Positions 25,301-40,300 of a DNA stretch of 64,000 nucleotides are shown one piece after another. Position numbers and translations under genes: made by a program. The notes under the pieces were generated by a model that was not told the DNA's origin, did not search any database, and saw nothing but the letters and a program-made list of their open reading frames with translations. Positions within the stretch are counted from its first letter, which is position 1. The number at the start of each line of letters is the position of its first letter. Location of the stretch: assembly GCF_004010195.1 (NCBI RefSeq), contig NC_057720.1, positions 2,756,343 through 2,820,342 of the forward strand. The letters are read 5' to 3'. This DNA is from Chiloscyllium plagiosum (taxonomy: Eukaryota).

Positions 25301-28300
25301 CCCCTGTAATTCTCAGCAGAATCTGGGTTGAAATGTGCATAAAGAAGTTGGGGAGAGAGGGAGAGAAACCACATGTGAAGTGAGGTGTTTTACCCCTGCA
25401 GTGCTTAGAAAATGCCACAAGATAAACAGTATATTTAATTCATGGGTTCCAGACTTCTCTTGTCTGACGTCATGTGATTTACACCATTCATGAGTTTAAA
25501 CTTCTGGCTGGCTCCAACATCAATTGAAACCATATTGTTCTTGAAGAAGTGACAGAGATTTTAGAATGATGGAAGGGCTCTGCTTTCATTCATGTGCATG
25601 AGCTTGAGGCAACATTCTTAATAAATTGTTTTCAGATCTGTATGGTATTTGTTATTTGGTCAGAATGTAGACGCACAGCTCCCCAATTTCTAATGCCATG
25701 ATTATATTGGATTTTAAACTTAATCTAACTCTTAAGTCATTTCTGAAGGTACATCATATTAAGTAACCCTCCACAAACATTGCATTGAAATTAATGCAGG
25801 GCTGTGCTTGTATTCAGAGTACTCTCCTGAGGATTCCCTCATTCATTATGAGTTTATAAATTTTGTCCAGTTGCTGAATTAAATATTTTCAAGGTGTCTG
25901 CCTACTACCTACTGTAAAAGAAGCCTCTTCAGGATTCGACAGGCCTAAATTCCTCCTTGTAGCACTTTAAATGTGATCCCAAACTATTTGTGAAGAAGCA
26001 GAAATCTCACCTTACAGGTTACTGGAACCATTACCCATGTACAGGTAAGTCTCATGTTACTGGTCACGGTAGAAGTCCGTCCTAGAGGTATACCAGCTGC
26101 TGTCCTCAAGGGGAATTAGGGATGGACAACAGGGCCACAGTTGGACTGAAGGGTCAGAGTTCAGATGGAAAGCCATTAAGCCCAGGGCAGTGCTCTTGTG
26201 CAGTGACATTACAAGCCTTCCTCTGAAATGGCCTGATCATGCCACTCAGTTCAAGGGCAACTAGTGATGGGCAATAAATGCTGACCCTGTCGACAATAAA
26301 GAGTCAGTGTCAGGTGTCTTTCTGGTTGAGGATGTCTGTCGATATTCCTATTTATAGCATCCACACAGAACCAAAACATCGGGATCTCTTCTCCCTAGAA
26401 AGCAGAAAGTCGAGGCTGTGACCTGACGGTGGCATTAAAATTTAAAAAAAGGGCCTGAGAAGGTAAATGTAAATTGTTTTTTCCCATTTGAAGGAGAGGC
26501 CAGAACAGGAAGTCATAAAAGTACGACAGTCATTCATAAATCCAGCTGGGAATTCAGGAGAAATCTCTTCCTCAAGAGAATGGGGAGAATTGGAGCTGCC
26601 TCCCAAAGGGAATAGTGGAGGTGAATGTTGTCAGTGTCGATCAGGGGAGGCTGGGTAAAGATAGGAGCAGGTTTGAAGGGATGAATGGCCTATCCTTGTT
26701 CCTTGTTCAAATGGGGCAGAAAACCATCAAAGGAAAGGGTGAGATAAGGAGGCGATGGGAGGATGTTCATGTGGAGAATAAATACCAGAATGGACTCATT
26801 GGACGGAATGGCCTGTTTCTGTGCTGGGAAGATTTTGTCTGAGTCAGAACCATCCAGCAGATTCCCTTTCTGAATTGTATCTACCTCCTAGTTAAAATGC
26901 ACCCTGTAATTTCCATCTCTCCACCTGGAGCACTCATTCCTTCCACAACATCAATTGAAAACCGAAGTATTTCCAGATACAAATAAATAGCAAAGTGTGG
27001 AACTCTCATTTACCTTTTACAATTGATTCTTCCTTGATTTTTTTTCTTTCTCTCTCAGTCAGTTGAGCTGGGGATTTTGGGATTGTTGTCTGTCCACATT
27101 GTAATATAAAACAAAACATTGGCTCCATCAGATGTCTGTTCATCAGTTGTAATGTAGTCACAGTGTCTGCAAGAGATTGTTTCTGCAGAACATGCAAGTT
27201 ATTTAAAACACCAGCTGTATCTAAGATACTGAGTGGAATTACTCCAGATTAAAATGTCCTCAAAACCATATTCTACAAATTACACAAGTTCATAATTTAA
27301 AGAAAAAAAGTCACCCATACTGTGGGTTGTTTGAATCATTCACAAAATTTTATGATTCCTGCCACTTTGCTAATTTATCTGCACCTCATATCTTAGAGGG
27401 TAAAACATTAACAAACAGACACCACTCAGAGAAATCCTAATGGGGTTCAATTCAATTGTAAACCAGTTACATGATTTTTAAATGCATGGGCCACGATTTT
27501 GCCATTATTGTTTTGCCTGAGGGGAGCTGAAAAAACTCATTATTTTCTGTCAACTGTTTGAAGCAGCTGTTTTCGGTGATGTAGCGTGCTGTTTGACAAG
27601 TTGTTTTTGTGAAGTCGAAATTCTCATGGGGTCATTGTGTGTGCCTCTCTCTCTCTCTCTCTGATGGAACGATGTCTAGGGGGATCATGGTGTGTTGGGT
27701 GCACCTGGGGAGCGAGGATATCCTGGTGACCGGGTAAGTTTTCAAACTTTGGTTCATTACACTTTCCCCCAACAACTAGTTGGTTAAAAAGGGTAGTGTG
27801 GGGTTAGCATCCATCAGAATAACGTGTCTGTGAAAGAATTGGACTTGCTGCTTGGTTTTTACAGCTTGTTTAAAGCAAACAGCTTCTGAAACCAGAACCC
27901 ATTTCACAAGATTCTTTCTTTTAAGAGATATGGATTTTTACTGGGACGTATACTTTTCTTATTTAAAAGGCACATACAAATGAGTGTTTCTTGAAAGAAA
28001 CATTTTTATAAGATCAGTGATTTTGCCGTGAATGGTGTGGTTTTTGGGGGGAGAGGGATATGTGTTTGGCAGTCACCTCCAGCAGTGCTGAGCTCAGAGA
28101 GTCACCTTTGACCTGTTACACTGCAGAGTCCCAGTCAGACCAATACATCGTTGGGGCACACACAGGATACATGAAAATGTACATCCACACGTATGCAATG
28201 ACTTACATTTATGTAGTGCCTTTGATATTATAACACCGCGGTGATATTGGGCAGATGACCACGAGCTGAGAGTCAAAGATGTCAGTTTGGTTTGTTTTAC

Positions 28301-31300
28301 AAGATGGGGACAAGCAGGTGAGGCCGATACTCATTGGAGTTCACAAGAACGAGAGGAGATGCCTTCATGGTACAGTGGCAGGGTCCCTACCTCTGAGTCA
28401 GGAGGCCTGGGTTCAAGTCTCACCTGCTCCAGAGCTGTGTCATAACATCTCTGAACAGACAGATGAGAATACAACTTGTACACTGAAATCTTGTGGGAGA
28501 GCTAAGATTCTGAGGGGGTAGGACAGCATAGATGTGGAGAAGATGTTTCTCCTTGTGGAAATATTGGGAATGAAGGAAGGGCTGGCAGATGAGGAGTCTC
28601 ATTTTGAGAAGAGACTGAGGAGGAATAGAGAATCACTGAAAACCACTTGCCCAGCAAGCAATGAAGGCAGGATGATTCAATATCTTCATGACTGAGGGAG
28701 ACAGAAAATGCCTTGACAGCCAGTGGTTCTGCTGGGAAGGATTAAGGCCCCCATTGGCTCAGCCATGATCTTATTGATAGGTGCAGAATGCTCAAGGGGC
28801 TAAATGCTTCCCTAACAGAGGGAGTGAGTGGACAGAATGAAGTGCCAATCTGTCAGATTAGGTGCCATCTTTCAGATGAGGTGGTAAGTCATGACCTCCT
28901 CTGCCCTGTCAAGTACACACCATTGATATCAAGAAACAGTTGCAGGGATTGGACAGTGCTGAGGTTCTGGGCCCTGGCAACCTTGCAGCAATAATACTGA
29001 AGGCTTGTGCTCCCCTAGGCAAGCTGTTCCAGTACACTTACAATGCTGTGTCTACCCGACAAAATGTCCAGATATATCTGACCCACAAAAAGAAGAAATG
29101 GTGACCTCATGGTATTATTGCTAGACGTTTAATCCAAACCTGGGGACCTGGGTTCAAAACACATCCTGGCAGATGGTGGAATTTGAATTCATTAGTCATT
29201 TTGAATTAAGAGTACAATGGTGACCATGAAACCGTTGTTGATATTGTTGGGAAAACCCATCTGGTTCACTAATGTCCGTTAGGGAAGGAAACAGCCGTCC
29301 TTACCAGGTCTGACCTACATGTGACACCAGACCCACAGCAATGTGGTGGCTCTCAACCACTCCCTGGGCAATTAGGGATGGGCAATAAATGCTGGTCCAG
29401 TGACACCACATCCCATGGACTACTAGGATAAATCCAACCCTCGAATTCCCTCCCCATCAGTCTACTCTCCATCCTCAGTAAAGTGGTGGAAGGTGTCACC
29501 AACAGTGCTACCAAGCAGCATTGCTCAGTAACAACTTGCTTGGTGGAGCCCAGTTTGGGTTCCCCCAGGGCCACTCAGCTCCTGACCTCATTACAGCCTT
29601 GGGTCAAACATAGACTAAAGAGCTGAATTCCAGAGGGGAGGGGAGAGTGAGAGTCCTTGACATCAAGGCCGCATTCGACCAAATGTGGCATCAAGGAGCC
29701 CGAACAAAACTGGAATCATTGGGCATCAGGGACAAACTCTCTGCTGGTTAGAGTCATATATGGCCCATAGGAAGATGGTTGTGGTGGTTGGAGATTGGTC
29801 AACTCAGCTCCAGGTTTGGTCTGAAAAGTAGAAAGTAATAATCATGCCACATAAATGTCACCATCTCCAAGAAGAGATCATCCAACTATTAATTCTTGAC
29901 ATTCAATGGGGTTACCGTCACTAAATCCCCCACTATCAACATCCCAGGGGTTGCCATCACTGAATCCCCCACTATCGGCAGCCTGGGGGTTACCATCACT
30001 GAATCCCTCACTATCATCATCCTGGGGGTTACCATCACTGAATCCCTCACTATCAACATCCTGGGGGTTACCATCACTGAAACTCCCACTATCGGCAGTC
30101 TGGGGGTTAGTATCACTGAATCCCCCACTATCAACATCCTGGGGATTACCATTGACCAGAAACTAAACTGGACTCATCGCATATACACAGTGGCTACTAG
30201 AGCAGGACAGAGACTAGGAATATTGTGGCGAGTAACTCACCTCCTGACTCCCCAAAGCCTGTCCACCATCTACAGCGGCACAAGTCAGGAGTGTGATGGA
30301 ATATTCTCCCCACTTGCCTGGATGGGGGCAGCTCCAACAACACTCAAGAAGCTCAACACTATCCAGGACAGAGCAGCTGCTTGACTGGCACCACATCCAC
30401 AAGCCTTCATTCCCTCCAGCACCGATGCTCAGTAGCAGCAGTGTGTTCTATCTACACGATACACTGCAGAAACTCACTAGGGTTCCATTCCCATGAGACT
30501 GGTTAGACAGGGTCAGGAAATACATGAGCCCCTGCAAGTTCCCCTTTCAAGCCCATCACCAGCCTGACTTGGAAAAATATTGCCGTTCCTTCAGTGTTGC
30601 TGGGTCAAAGTCCTGGAATTCTCTCCCTAAGAGCATTGTGGGTAAACCCACAGCACATGGACTGCAGCAGTTCAAGAAGGCAGCTCACCCCTACCTTCTC
30701 AAGGGGCAACTGTGGACGGGCATTGAATACATATAAAACAGCCAGTGACATACATATGCCACATCCCAGGAAGAAATAAGAAAGTAAAGAGAAGAGATGC
30801 CATGAGCTAATTTTGATGAGTAGTGGCGGTGTTCTCCCCCGTAGAGACATTGAAGGGAGGATTTCCATTTTTGAGCTTCAATGATCACCAACTCTCTGCT
30901 GCCTCCCTGGGTTGAACCTCACACACCTGGCCCCACCTCACCACCTTTGTAAAGAATTCTGCAAGACAAAAGATCATGACAAGGAGTCTATCACTCCCTG
31001 AAAATGGCCACGCAAGTAGATCGGGTGGTAAAGAAGGCGCATGACATGCTTGCCTTTATTGGTCAGAAAATTGAGTACAAGAGTCAGGATGTCATGTTGC
31101 AGCTTTATAATGCTTTGAATAGGCCACACTTAGAGTACTGTGTTCAATTCTGGTCACTACATTACAGGAAGGATATAGAAGCTTTGGAGAGGATGCGGAA
31201 GAGGTTTACCAGAATGCTGCCTGGATTAGAGGGTCTTTGCTGTAAGGAGAGGCTGGAAAAACTCGGGTTGTTTTCTCTAAAGAGGCGGAGGCTGAGGGGA

Positions 31301-34300
31301 GACTTGATGGAAGTTTATAAAATTATGATATGCATAGACAGGATTGAGGGTCAGAATCTTTTTCCTAGCTTGGAGTGCAGGTTCATAGCTCCTTGAAAGT
31401 CGCAGGTAGATAGGATAGTGAAGAATGTGTTTGGTATGCTTTCCTTTATTGGTCAGAGTATTGAGTGCAGGAGTTGGGAGGTCATGTTGCGGTTGTACAG
31501 GACATTGGTTAGGCCACTGTTGGAATATTGTGTGCAATTCTGATCTCATTCCTATTGGAAGGATGTTGTGAAACTTGAAAGGGTTCAGAAAAAATTTACA
31601 AGGATGTTGCAGGGTTGGTGGATCTGAGCTACAGGGAGAGGCTGAACAGGTTGGGGCTGTTTTCCCTGGAGCATCAAAGGCTGAGGGGTGACCGTATAGA
31701 GGTTTACAAAATTATGAGGGTCATGGATAGGATAAATAGACAATAGACAATAGGTGCAGGAGTAGGCCATTCTGCCCTTTGAGCCAGCACCACCATTCAT
31801 TATGATCATGGCTGATCATCCTCAATCAGTATCCCCATAACCCTTGATTCCACTATCCTTAAGAGCTCTATCCAACTCTTTCTTGAAAGTATCCAGAGAC
31901 TTGGCCTCCACAGCCTTCTGGGGCAGAGCATTCCATAGAGCATAAATAGGCAAAGTCTTTTCCCTGGGGTCGGGGAGTCCAAAACTAGAGGGCATAGGTT
32001 TAGGGTGAGAGGGGAAAGATATAAAAGAGACTTACGGAAATAGACCCATCGGTCCAACCCGTCCATGCCGACCAGATATCCCAACCCAATCTAGTCCCAT
32101 CTGCCAGCACTTGGCCCATATCCCTCTAAACCCTTCCTATTCATATACCCATCCAAATGCCTTTGAAATGTTGCAATTGTACCAGCCTCCACCACTTCCT
32201 CTGGCAGCTCATTCCATAGATGCACCACCCTCTATGTGAAAAAGTTGCCCCTTAGGTCCCTTTTATTCCCCTCTCACCCTAAACCTCTAATTCTGGACAC
32301 CCTCAACCAGGGAAAATACTTTGTCTATTTATCCTATCCATGTCCCTCATGATTTTATAAACCTCTATAAGGTCACCCCTCAGCCTNNNNNNNNNNNNNN
32401 NNNNNNNNNNNNNNNNNNNNNNNNNNNNNNNNNNNNNNNNNNNNNNNNNNNNNNNNNNNNNNNNNNNNNNNNNNNNNNNNNNNNNNNNNNNNNNNNNNNN
32501 NNNNNNNNNNNNNNNNNNNNNNNNNNNNNNNNNNNNNNNNNNNNNNNNNNNNNNNNNNNNNNNNNNNNNNNNNNNNNNNNNNNNNNNNNNNNNNNNNNNN
32601 NNNNNNNNNNNNNNNNNNNNNNNNNNNNNNNNNNNNNNNNNNNNNNNNNNNNNNNNNNNNNNNNNNNNNNNNNNNNNNNNNNNNNNNNNNNNNNNNNNNN
32701 NNNNNNNNNNNNNNNNNNNNNNNNNNNNNNNNNNNNNNNAAAGTCTTTTCCCTAGGATCAGGGAGTCCAAAACTAGAGGGCATAGGTTTAGGGTGAGAGG
32801 GGAAAGATATAAAAGAGACTTACGGAAACAGACCCGTCGGTCCAACCCGTCCATGCCGACCAGATATTCCAACCCATTCTAGTCCCATCTGCCAGCACTT
32901 GGCCCATATCCCTCTAAACCCTTCCTATTCATATACCCATCCAAATGCCTTTGAAATGTTGCAATTGTACCAGCCTCCACCACTTCCTCTGGCAGCTCAT
33001 TCCATAGATGCACCACCCTCTATGTGAAAAAGTTGCCCCTTAGGTCCCTTTTATTCCCCTCTCACCCTAAACCTCTAATTCTGGACACCCTCAACCAGGG
33101 AAAATACTTTGTCTATTTATCCTATCCATGTCCCTCATGATTTTATAAACCTCTATAAGGTCACCCCTCAGCCTCCGTCCATCCAGGGAAAACAGCCCCA
33201 GCCTATTCAGCCTCTCCCTATAGCTCAAACCCGCCAACCCTGGCAGCATCCTTGTAAATTTCTTTTGAACCCTTTCACATTTCACGTGTTCTATGTTGTA
33301 AGGAAATAAATCTCAGCCCGAGAGGGGTCCACACGGTCAGGATCAATGCTCCTCACTCGGTCGAAGTGTGCCAATGAATTCATTCTGCCAGAGACTCAGG
33401 TGACTCAGTAACCAGGGCAGCCTTCATGGAACCTTAACAAACCTTAATGTTGGGGAAAGTCAGGAATGAAACAAGTCTGAATGCTCGACAAAGCAATCAC
33501 CTTTCCAGCATCCCTTGTGAGCTGAGATGACCGAGTCTGCACCCATTAGCTCCTTGAGGGAGTTTCTGCCCCTCTCTCCACTCCTGATCAATAAGCTTTC
33601 TGTCCATCCTGTGTCCGAGATATCTATCCATCACTCTTTTCAACTGTGACACCTCCTACTGTCTGTTCAGTATCACAGTCCCTCAGTCTCCCTCCCAGTT
33701 GTGGTCCCCTTCTCTCCCACAGTTGCAGAGAACCAACCTCAAGTGGCCTTGCCTGCGTGGTTCCATCATTGGATTGCACCCGGCCTGGCCCTCAATGGGC
33801 TAGAGCTCTGCTGGATTTACGGGTCTCCAAACACTGGGTTCTTTTGACTACTTTCAGTCTCTGTTGCTAATTAATTGCCGTGTCGAAAAGGCTGACTGAG
33901 AATAACTGTTATTGTTGATCTGCCATTTCAGTTACCATCATTGTGACCTTTGTGACTTTTCTTTAAGGGAGCAACTGGTTTGCCGGGACCACCAGGAATG
34001 AGAGGGAAATCAGGACCACAGGTACTGTAACATTGTGTTCAGTTTGTTACAGCGTGACCCAGGTTGAGCGGGTTAACTCTTGGCTTCATACGTTATTCAC
34101 TTGTAGTAAAATTAACAAACTTTGTGTTAAATTGAGAAAGAACCCATAAAAACAACTATAAAACTGATGGAGGGGAACCATAGAGGCTGTCTTTTCTCTC
34201 ATCCTCGTTTCTCAGGGCCAGGCCACAGGTTCCTATTGGGCTGCTCGATGCTGATGGGCAAAGTTCTCCAGTGGTTGGCTCTTGCCTGTGGAGCCTCTGC

Positions 34301-37300
34301 CGTGCTCTCCCTGCCCGCCATTTACAACATCACAAATACAGCATCCATCGCCAACCAGCTCTGGACTGGCACTCAAGTCCAGAGCCTCTTGTCCAGAGGT
34401 ACAGACACTACCCACTGCCTCACAAAGAGGAGATACACAGATTGTTAATTAGTGATGGGTTGAAGGGCTATTGGAGACCAGGCAGGAGAATGGATTTGAG
34501 ACCGAGGTGAGCTCAGTCACGATGGGATCGAAAGCCGAAGCAGGCTCAAGGGGCTGAATGGCTTTCTCCTGCTCCTATTTCCTGCATCCTTATGATCATC
34601 CAACTCCATTTCCTGTTTCTGCTCTCTCCCCATATTCCACTATCCCTTTGGCCCTCAGGTATGTATCTAACTCCTTGAAAACATTCAATGTTTTGGCGTC
34701 ATCTGTTTTCTGAGACAGTGAATTCCACAGGCACCCCACTCTCTGGATGAAGACATTCCTCATCACCTCAGTCCGAAATGACCTGCTGTGTATCCTTAGC
34801 CTGTGACCTTGACCTTGTGAAAGGGTTAGAGCTCCCTCCATTGAGGCAGCACTGGTATCTTGCAGGTACCGTGCGTATGGTCACCAACTTCAAGTCAATG
34901 TTGATTTATTTCCATGAGATGATTGATGAAGATAGGGCCATGGATGTTGTCTGTGTGCTCTTTATGAATACAATTGACAATGTCTCTTATAGAGTGATAG
35001 AACCGTCTACAGTGTGGAAGTAGGTCATTCAGCCCATCAAGTCCACACCAACCCTCTGAAGAGCATCCCAACCAGACCCAACCCCCTACCCTATCCCTGT
35101 AACCTGCATTTCCCATGGCTAACCCACCCTAGTCTGTAGATCCTCGGACAATTTGGCATGGCCTATCCGCCTAACCTATACATCTTTGGTTTGTGAAAAT
35201 AAACCAGAGCACCTGGAGGAAACCCACGCAGACACAGAGAGAACGTGCAAACTCCACACTAACAGTCACCGAGGGTGGAATCGAACCTGGGTCCGTGGTG
35301 CTGTGAGGCAGCAGCACTAACCACAGAGCCACCGTGCTACTTTCACAGTAGGCTGGTCCAGAAGATTAAGTGGCATGGAATCCACAGTGAGCTAGTACAT
35401 TGGATACAAAATTGACTTGGTCACAGAAGACAGAGGGTAGTTGTGGAGGGATGTTTTTCTGACTGGAGGTCTTTGACCAATGGTGTTCCTCAAGGATCGG
35501 TGCTGGGATCTCTGTTGCTTGTACAGGTTTTTCTGCTAAAATGTGACCCTGCGCTATAGAAAATCGCCCAGCAGAAGATTGCTAATAGAAAATCATTATC
35601 CCCATTCAGTAGAAAGTTTATATTCTGCAAACAGCGTCCACAATTCATCAATCATGTTCTAGCCAATTCATGTTAATGAAACACATGTTTTTGCAGAACG
35701 CTCTGTAATTTATATCAATGATTTGGATGAACATACGGATGGTTTCATTAATAGGTTTGCAGATGACTGAAGAATTGGTGAAGTTATGGAAAGTGAGGAA
35801 GTTTATCAAAGGAATACAAGAGAATATAGATCAATTGGGTAGTGAAATGGCAACTGGAGTTTAATCCAGACAAGTGTGAGGTGCCGCATTTTGGGAGGTC
35901 AAATGCAAGAGGAAAGCATTCTATAAATGGCAGGACCCTAAGGAGCATTGATATACAGAGGGATGTTGGGTGCAAGTCCATCACTCCCTGAAAGTTGCTA
36001 CACAAGTGAGCAAGGTGGTAGAGAAGGTGTATGGCAGGCTTGCCTTTATTAGTCAGGGCATTGAGTATAAAAGTTGGCAGGTCATGTTGCAGCTGTATAA
36101 GACTTTAGTCAGGCCACATTTGGAGCATTGTGTGCAGTATGCACACTATTAAAAGGACGTGGAGGCTCCGGAGAGGGTGCAAAAAAGATTTGCCTGGATT
36201 GGAGCGTATTAACTATAAGGAGAGGTTGGATAAACTTGGATTGTTTTCACTAGAGGCTGAGGGGCAAGCTGATAGAAGTGTATAAAATAATGAGAGGCAT
36301 TTAATTCTCTTTCCCAGAGTGGAAATGTCAAATATTAGGGGGCATAGGTTGAAGGTGAGAGGGGGAAAGTTGAAAGGAAATGTGTAAGGCAAGTTTCTCA
36401 CAGAGAGGGTGGTAGGTGCCTGGAACACACTGCCAGGGGAGGTGGTAGAAGCAGATATGGTAGCAATGTTTAAGAGGCATTAGACAGACACAGGAACAGG
36501 CTTCAGATAGAGGGATAGGGAGCATGTGCAGGCAGACAGGATTAGAATGATATCATGTTCAGTACACAGACATAGTGGACTGAAGGGCCTGTTCCTGCGC
36601 TGTACTCTTCCATGTTCTGTATGTTAGACATTGAAGCACTTGATTGAAGAAGAATAGTTTTGTCCTCCTATGTTTCTGATATTCAGAAAGACTTGCTGAC
36701 ATGTTTTTTTTTTCTTTTTGCCTCAGGGTAAAGTTGGAGATCCTGGACCCCAAGGTTTACCAGGTCCTCCAGGACCAGAGGTTAGAGCTTCAAAGTAATG
36801 AATTGTTGTTGCGATTTCTCATTTCTCCAGCAGTTTGATGTCCCCACATCCGTTTACATTTATATGGCACCACTGGCTCAGTTAAAACCTCCCAAGGTGT
36901 GGACATTAAGAATGTAGGAAATAAAGGCAGGAGTAGGCCATAACTCAAGAGTTCTTCAAATCTTCATTCTTCAGTTAAAAATCACACAACACTAGGTGAT
37001 AGTCCAACAGGTTTACTTGGAAGCACTGGCTTTCGGAGCACTGCTCCAAAGATGAAGAAGCAATGCTCCGAAAGCTAGTGCTTCCAATTAAACCTGTTGG
37101 ACTATAACCTGGTGTTGTGTGATTTTTAACTTTGTACACCCCAGTCCAACACCGGTGTCTCCAATTCATTCTTCAGCTCAGTTTTCCCACCCAAGTCCTT
37201 ATAATCAGTGATTTACTTTGGGTCAAAAAAGTTGTTGACTTCAGCCTTGAATACGGTCAGAAGTCACATGACACCAGGTTATAGTCCAACAGGTTGATTT

Positions 37301-40300
37301 GAAATCACAAGCTTTCGGAGCGCTGCCCCTTCGTCACGTGGAATGATGAATGAGCAGCGCTCAGAAGCTTGTGATTTCAAATCAACCTGTTGGACTATAA
37401 CCTGGCTTTGTGTGACCTCTGACTTTGTCCATCCCAGTCTGACACTGGCACCTCTATATCATGGCCTTAAATGTACTCAATGGCTGAGGAGTGACTGTCC
37501 AGCAAAATTAACAAAAACGTCACAATGGAAACTCAGGAACAATGGAGGTTCGATGGAATTCAGGTGGAGATCAGCCAGGAACAAACTAAATGGCCAATCA
37601 CAGGAATATATGATACAGGAGCACAGATAGCCTGTGCAGTCTTTTCTGCCATTCCCAAGATCATGGTCAAAGTTGGGTTTCAGTTCCACTTTCTCACAGT
37701 CCCCACATCCCTTGATTCCCTGAGAGGTGAACCATCTGTCTAGCCCAGCCTTAAATAATGGAGCACTCATGGAGAGGAACATTGCAAAGACTTACAATCC
37801 TCTGAGTGAAATGAGTTTTCCTCACCTCTGTCCAAAATGATTGACCCCCTTCTCCCGAGACTGTATTTTTAGATTCCCCTGACCAGAGGAAAGAATCTCT
37901 CAGTGCCTATCCTCTCAATCCTCTCCAGAATCTTCTGGTTTTCAATGAGACTGGAGATTATAGGCCTAACTTACTGACCAGGGTTCCTGAAGAAGGGCTT
38001 ATGCCCGAGACGTCGATTCTCCTGTTCCTTGGATGCTGCCTGACCTGCTGCGCTTTTCCAGCAACACATTTTCAACTAACTTACTGACCAGTTTGCTCAA
38101 TTTTGTATCTTCCTGTCTGAAATAATATTTCTCACATTATTGAAGTTTTCTGACAAACTCATTAGTAAGCTCCCAGACCCATTATTATAAAATGCAGAGT
38201 ACATTGTGTGAGTGGGCAACTGAATATTGTGAAGCACGTAAATTAGAGTCCCAACCAAGGGCTACTGGATCTCAGTCACTTGTCTAAACCAAAGTCAACC
38301 CAGAGAAAAGGCTAGAACAGGTTGAAGGAGTGAATGCTCTACTCCCATTCCATGAACTTGCAGAAGTGTAAAAATTAGCCAGCATTTGCCTGCAGTTCCA
38401 TCAGCTGAATAACAAACTGATATATGTAATAACGCCACCTAGAGTGAGTCAACAAACTTAAAGTTAATTAAACATAGAAAACGAGATTCTATGTTATTTT
38501 TGCTATTGCTCATAGGATTTGAAAGAGACAGGCATTTTGTAGATAATGCCGCAAACAGATTATCTTTGCCTTTGTTGTGACAGACAGTTTTCATCGAATT
38601 GTCCGATCTCATCCCCATGACAAAAATCCCAAAGCATCAAGTTTCAGCAGAAAATGAATCATGTAGAATTACAGAGGATAAGATACACCCACCTTTGTAG
38701 CTATCAGACCCATGTTTATGATTGTGCTCTTGCTAGAGACTGGGAGATAAATCTCTAGTGTTGCTGTGAAATTTCCCTTTAAAAGAATGTTCCAGAAACA
38801 AGGACTTTCTGCCAATGTACAGCTGAAAACTAAGTCCAGGCACTTCCAACAACTTACTTTGGGGATTTAGTTTAGCAAAGAAAGATCTGGATTAAAGTTT
38901 CCATCATTATTTAAAACAAGAGACCCAGCCAATTGCTTGTTCTAACTGATTTGTTCCTGGCATTTATTCATTCTGTATTTATGTTAACAGCTTCTGTTAC
39001 TGTTGCAAAATAGCTTTAATGACAGGAGGCTGAAATGAGTTGATGTGAGAATGATATCGTGATCCCATGTTAAATAGAGTCATAGTGTCATAGAGATGTT
39101 CAGCATGGAAACAGACCTATCCATGCCGACCAGATATCCCAACCCAATCTAGTCCCACCTGCCAGCACCCAGCCCATATCCCTCCAAACCCTTCCTATTC
39201 ATATACCCATCCAGATGCCTCTTAAATGTTGTAATTGTACCAGCCTCCACCACTTCCTCTGGCAGCTTATTCCATACCCATATCACCCTCTGTGTGAAAA
39301 CATTGCCCCATAGGTCTCTTTTATATTAGATCACTTACAATGTGGAAACAGGCCCTTCAGCCCAACAAGTCCACCCAGACCCATTCCCCTACATTTACCC
39401 CTGCCCCTCACACTACAGGCAATTTAGCATGGCCAATTCACCTGACCTGCACATTTTTGGACTGTGGGAGGAAACCGGAGCACCCGGAGGAAACCCGCGC
39501 AGACACGGGGAGAATGTGCAAACTCCACACAGTCAGTCGCCTGAGGCGGGAATTGAACCCAGGTCTCTGGTGCTGTGAGACAGCAGTGCTAACCACTGTG
39601 CTACTGTGCTGCCCACTGTATCTTTCCCCTCTCACCCTAAACCTATGCCCTCTAGTTCTGGGCTCCCCCACCCCAGGGAAAAGACTTTGCCTATTTATCC
39701 TATCCATACCCCTCATAATTTTGTAAACCTCTATAAGGTCACCCCTCAGCCTCCGATGCTCCAGGGAAAACAGCCCCAGCCTGTTCAGCCTCTCCCTGTA
39801 GCTCAGATCCTCCAACCCTGGCAACATCCTTGTAAATCTTTTCTGAACCCTTTCAAGTTTCACAACATCTTTCTGAAACAGTAGAGAGAAAAGTTTAATA
39901 GGAAGATAGAAGGCGGAGCGAAGGAAATAAATGCTTATCTCATTATCATGACCTTGTGACTCCACAAGGCATGAGTCAGGAGTGTGATGGAATATTCACT
40001 ATTGGCAGCTCCAACTACACTCAAGAAGCTTGACACCATCCTGGGACAAAGCAACCCACTTGATTGGCACCACGTCCACAAACATCCACTCCCTCCACCA
40101 CTGACGCTCAGTAACAGCAGTGTGTACTGTCTACAAGATGCAGTGCAGAAATTCGACAAAAATCCTCAGACAGCACCTTCCAAACCCACGGCCACTTCCA
40201 TCTAGAAGGACAAGGGCAGCAGATACATGGGAACACCACCCCCTGCAAGTTCCCCTCCAAGCCACTTGCAGACGTGGAAATTGTTATAACGCCCAGTTAG

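Noticed and set aside
32303..32872. ORFs spanning the N run (also 47929..48705)
   Set aside because: Open only because of unknown bases.
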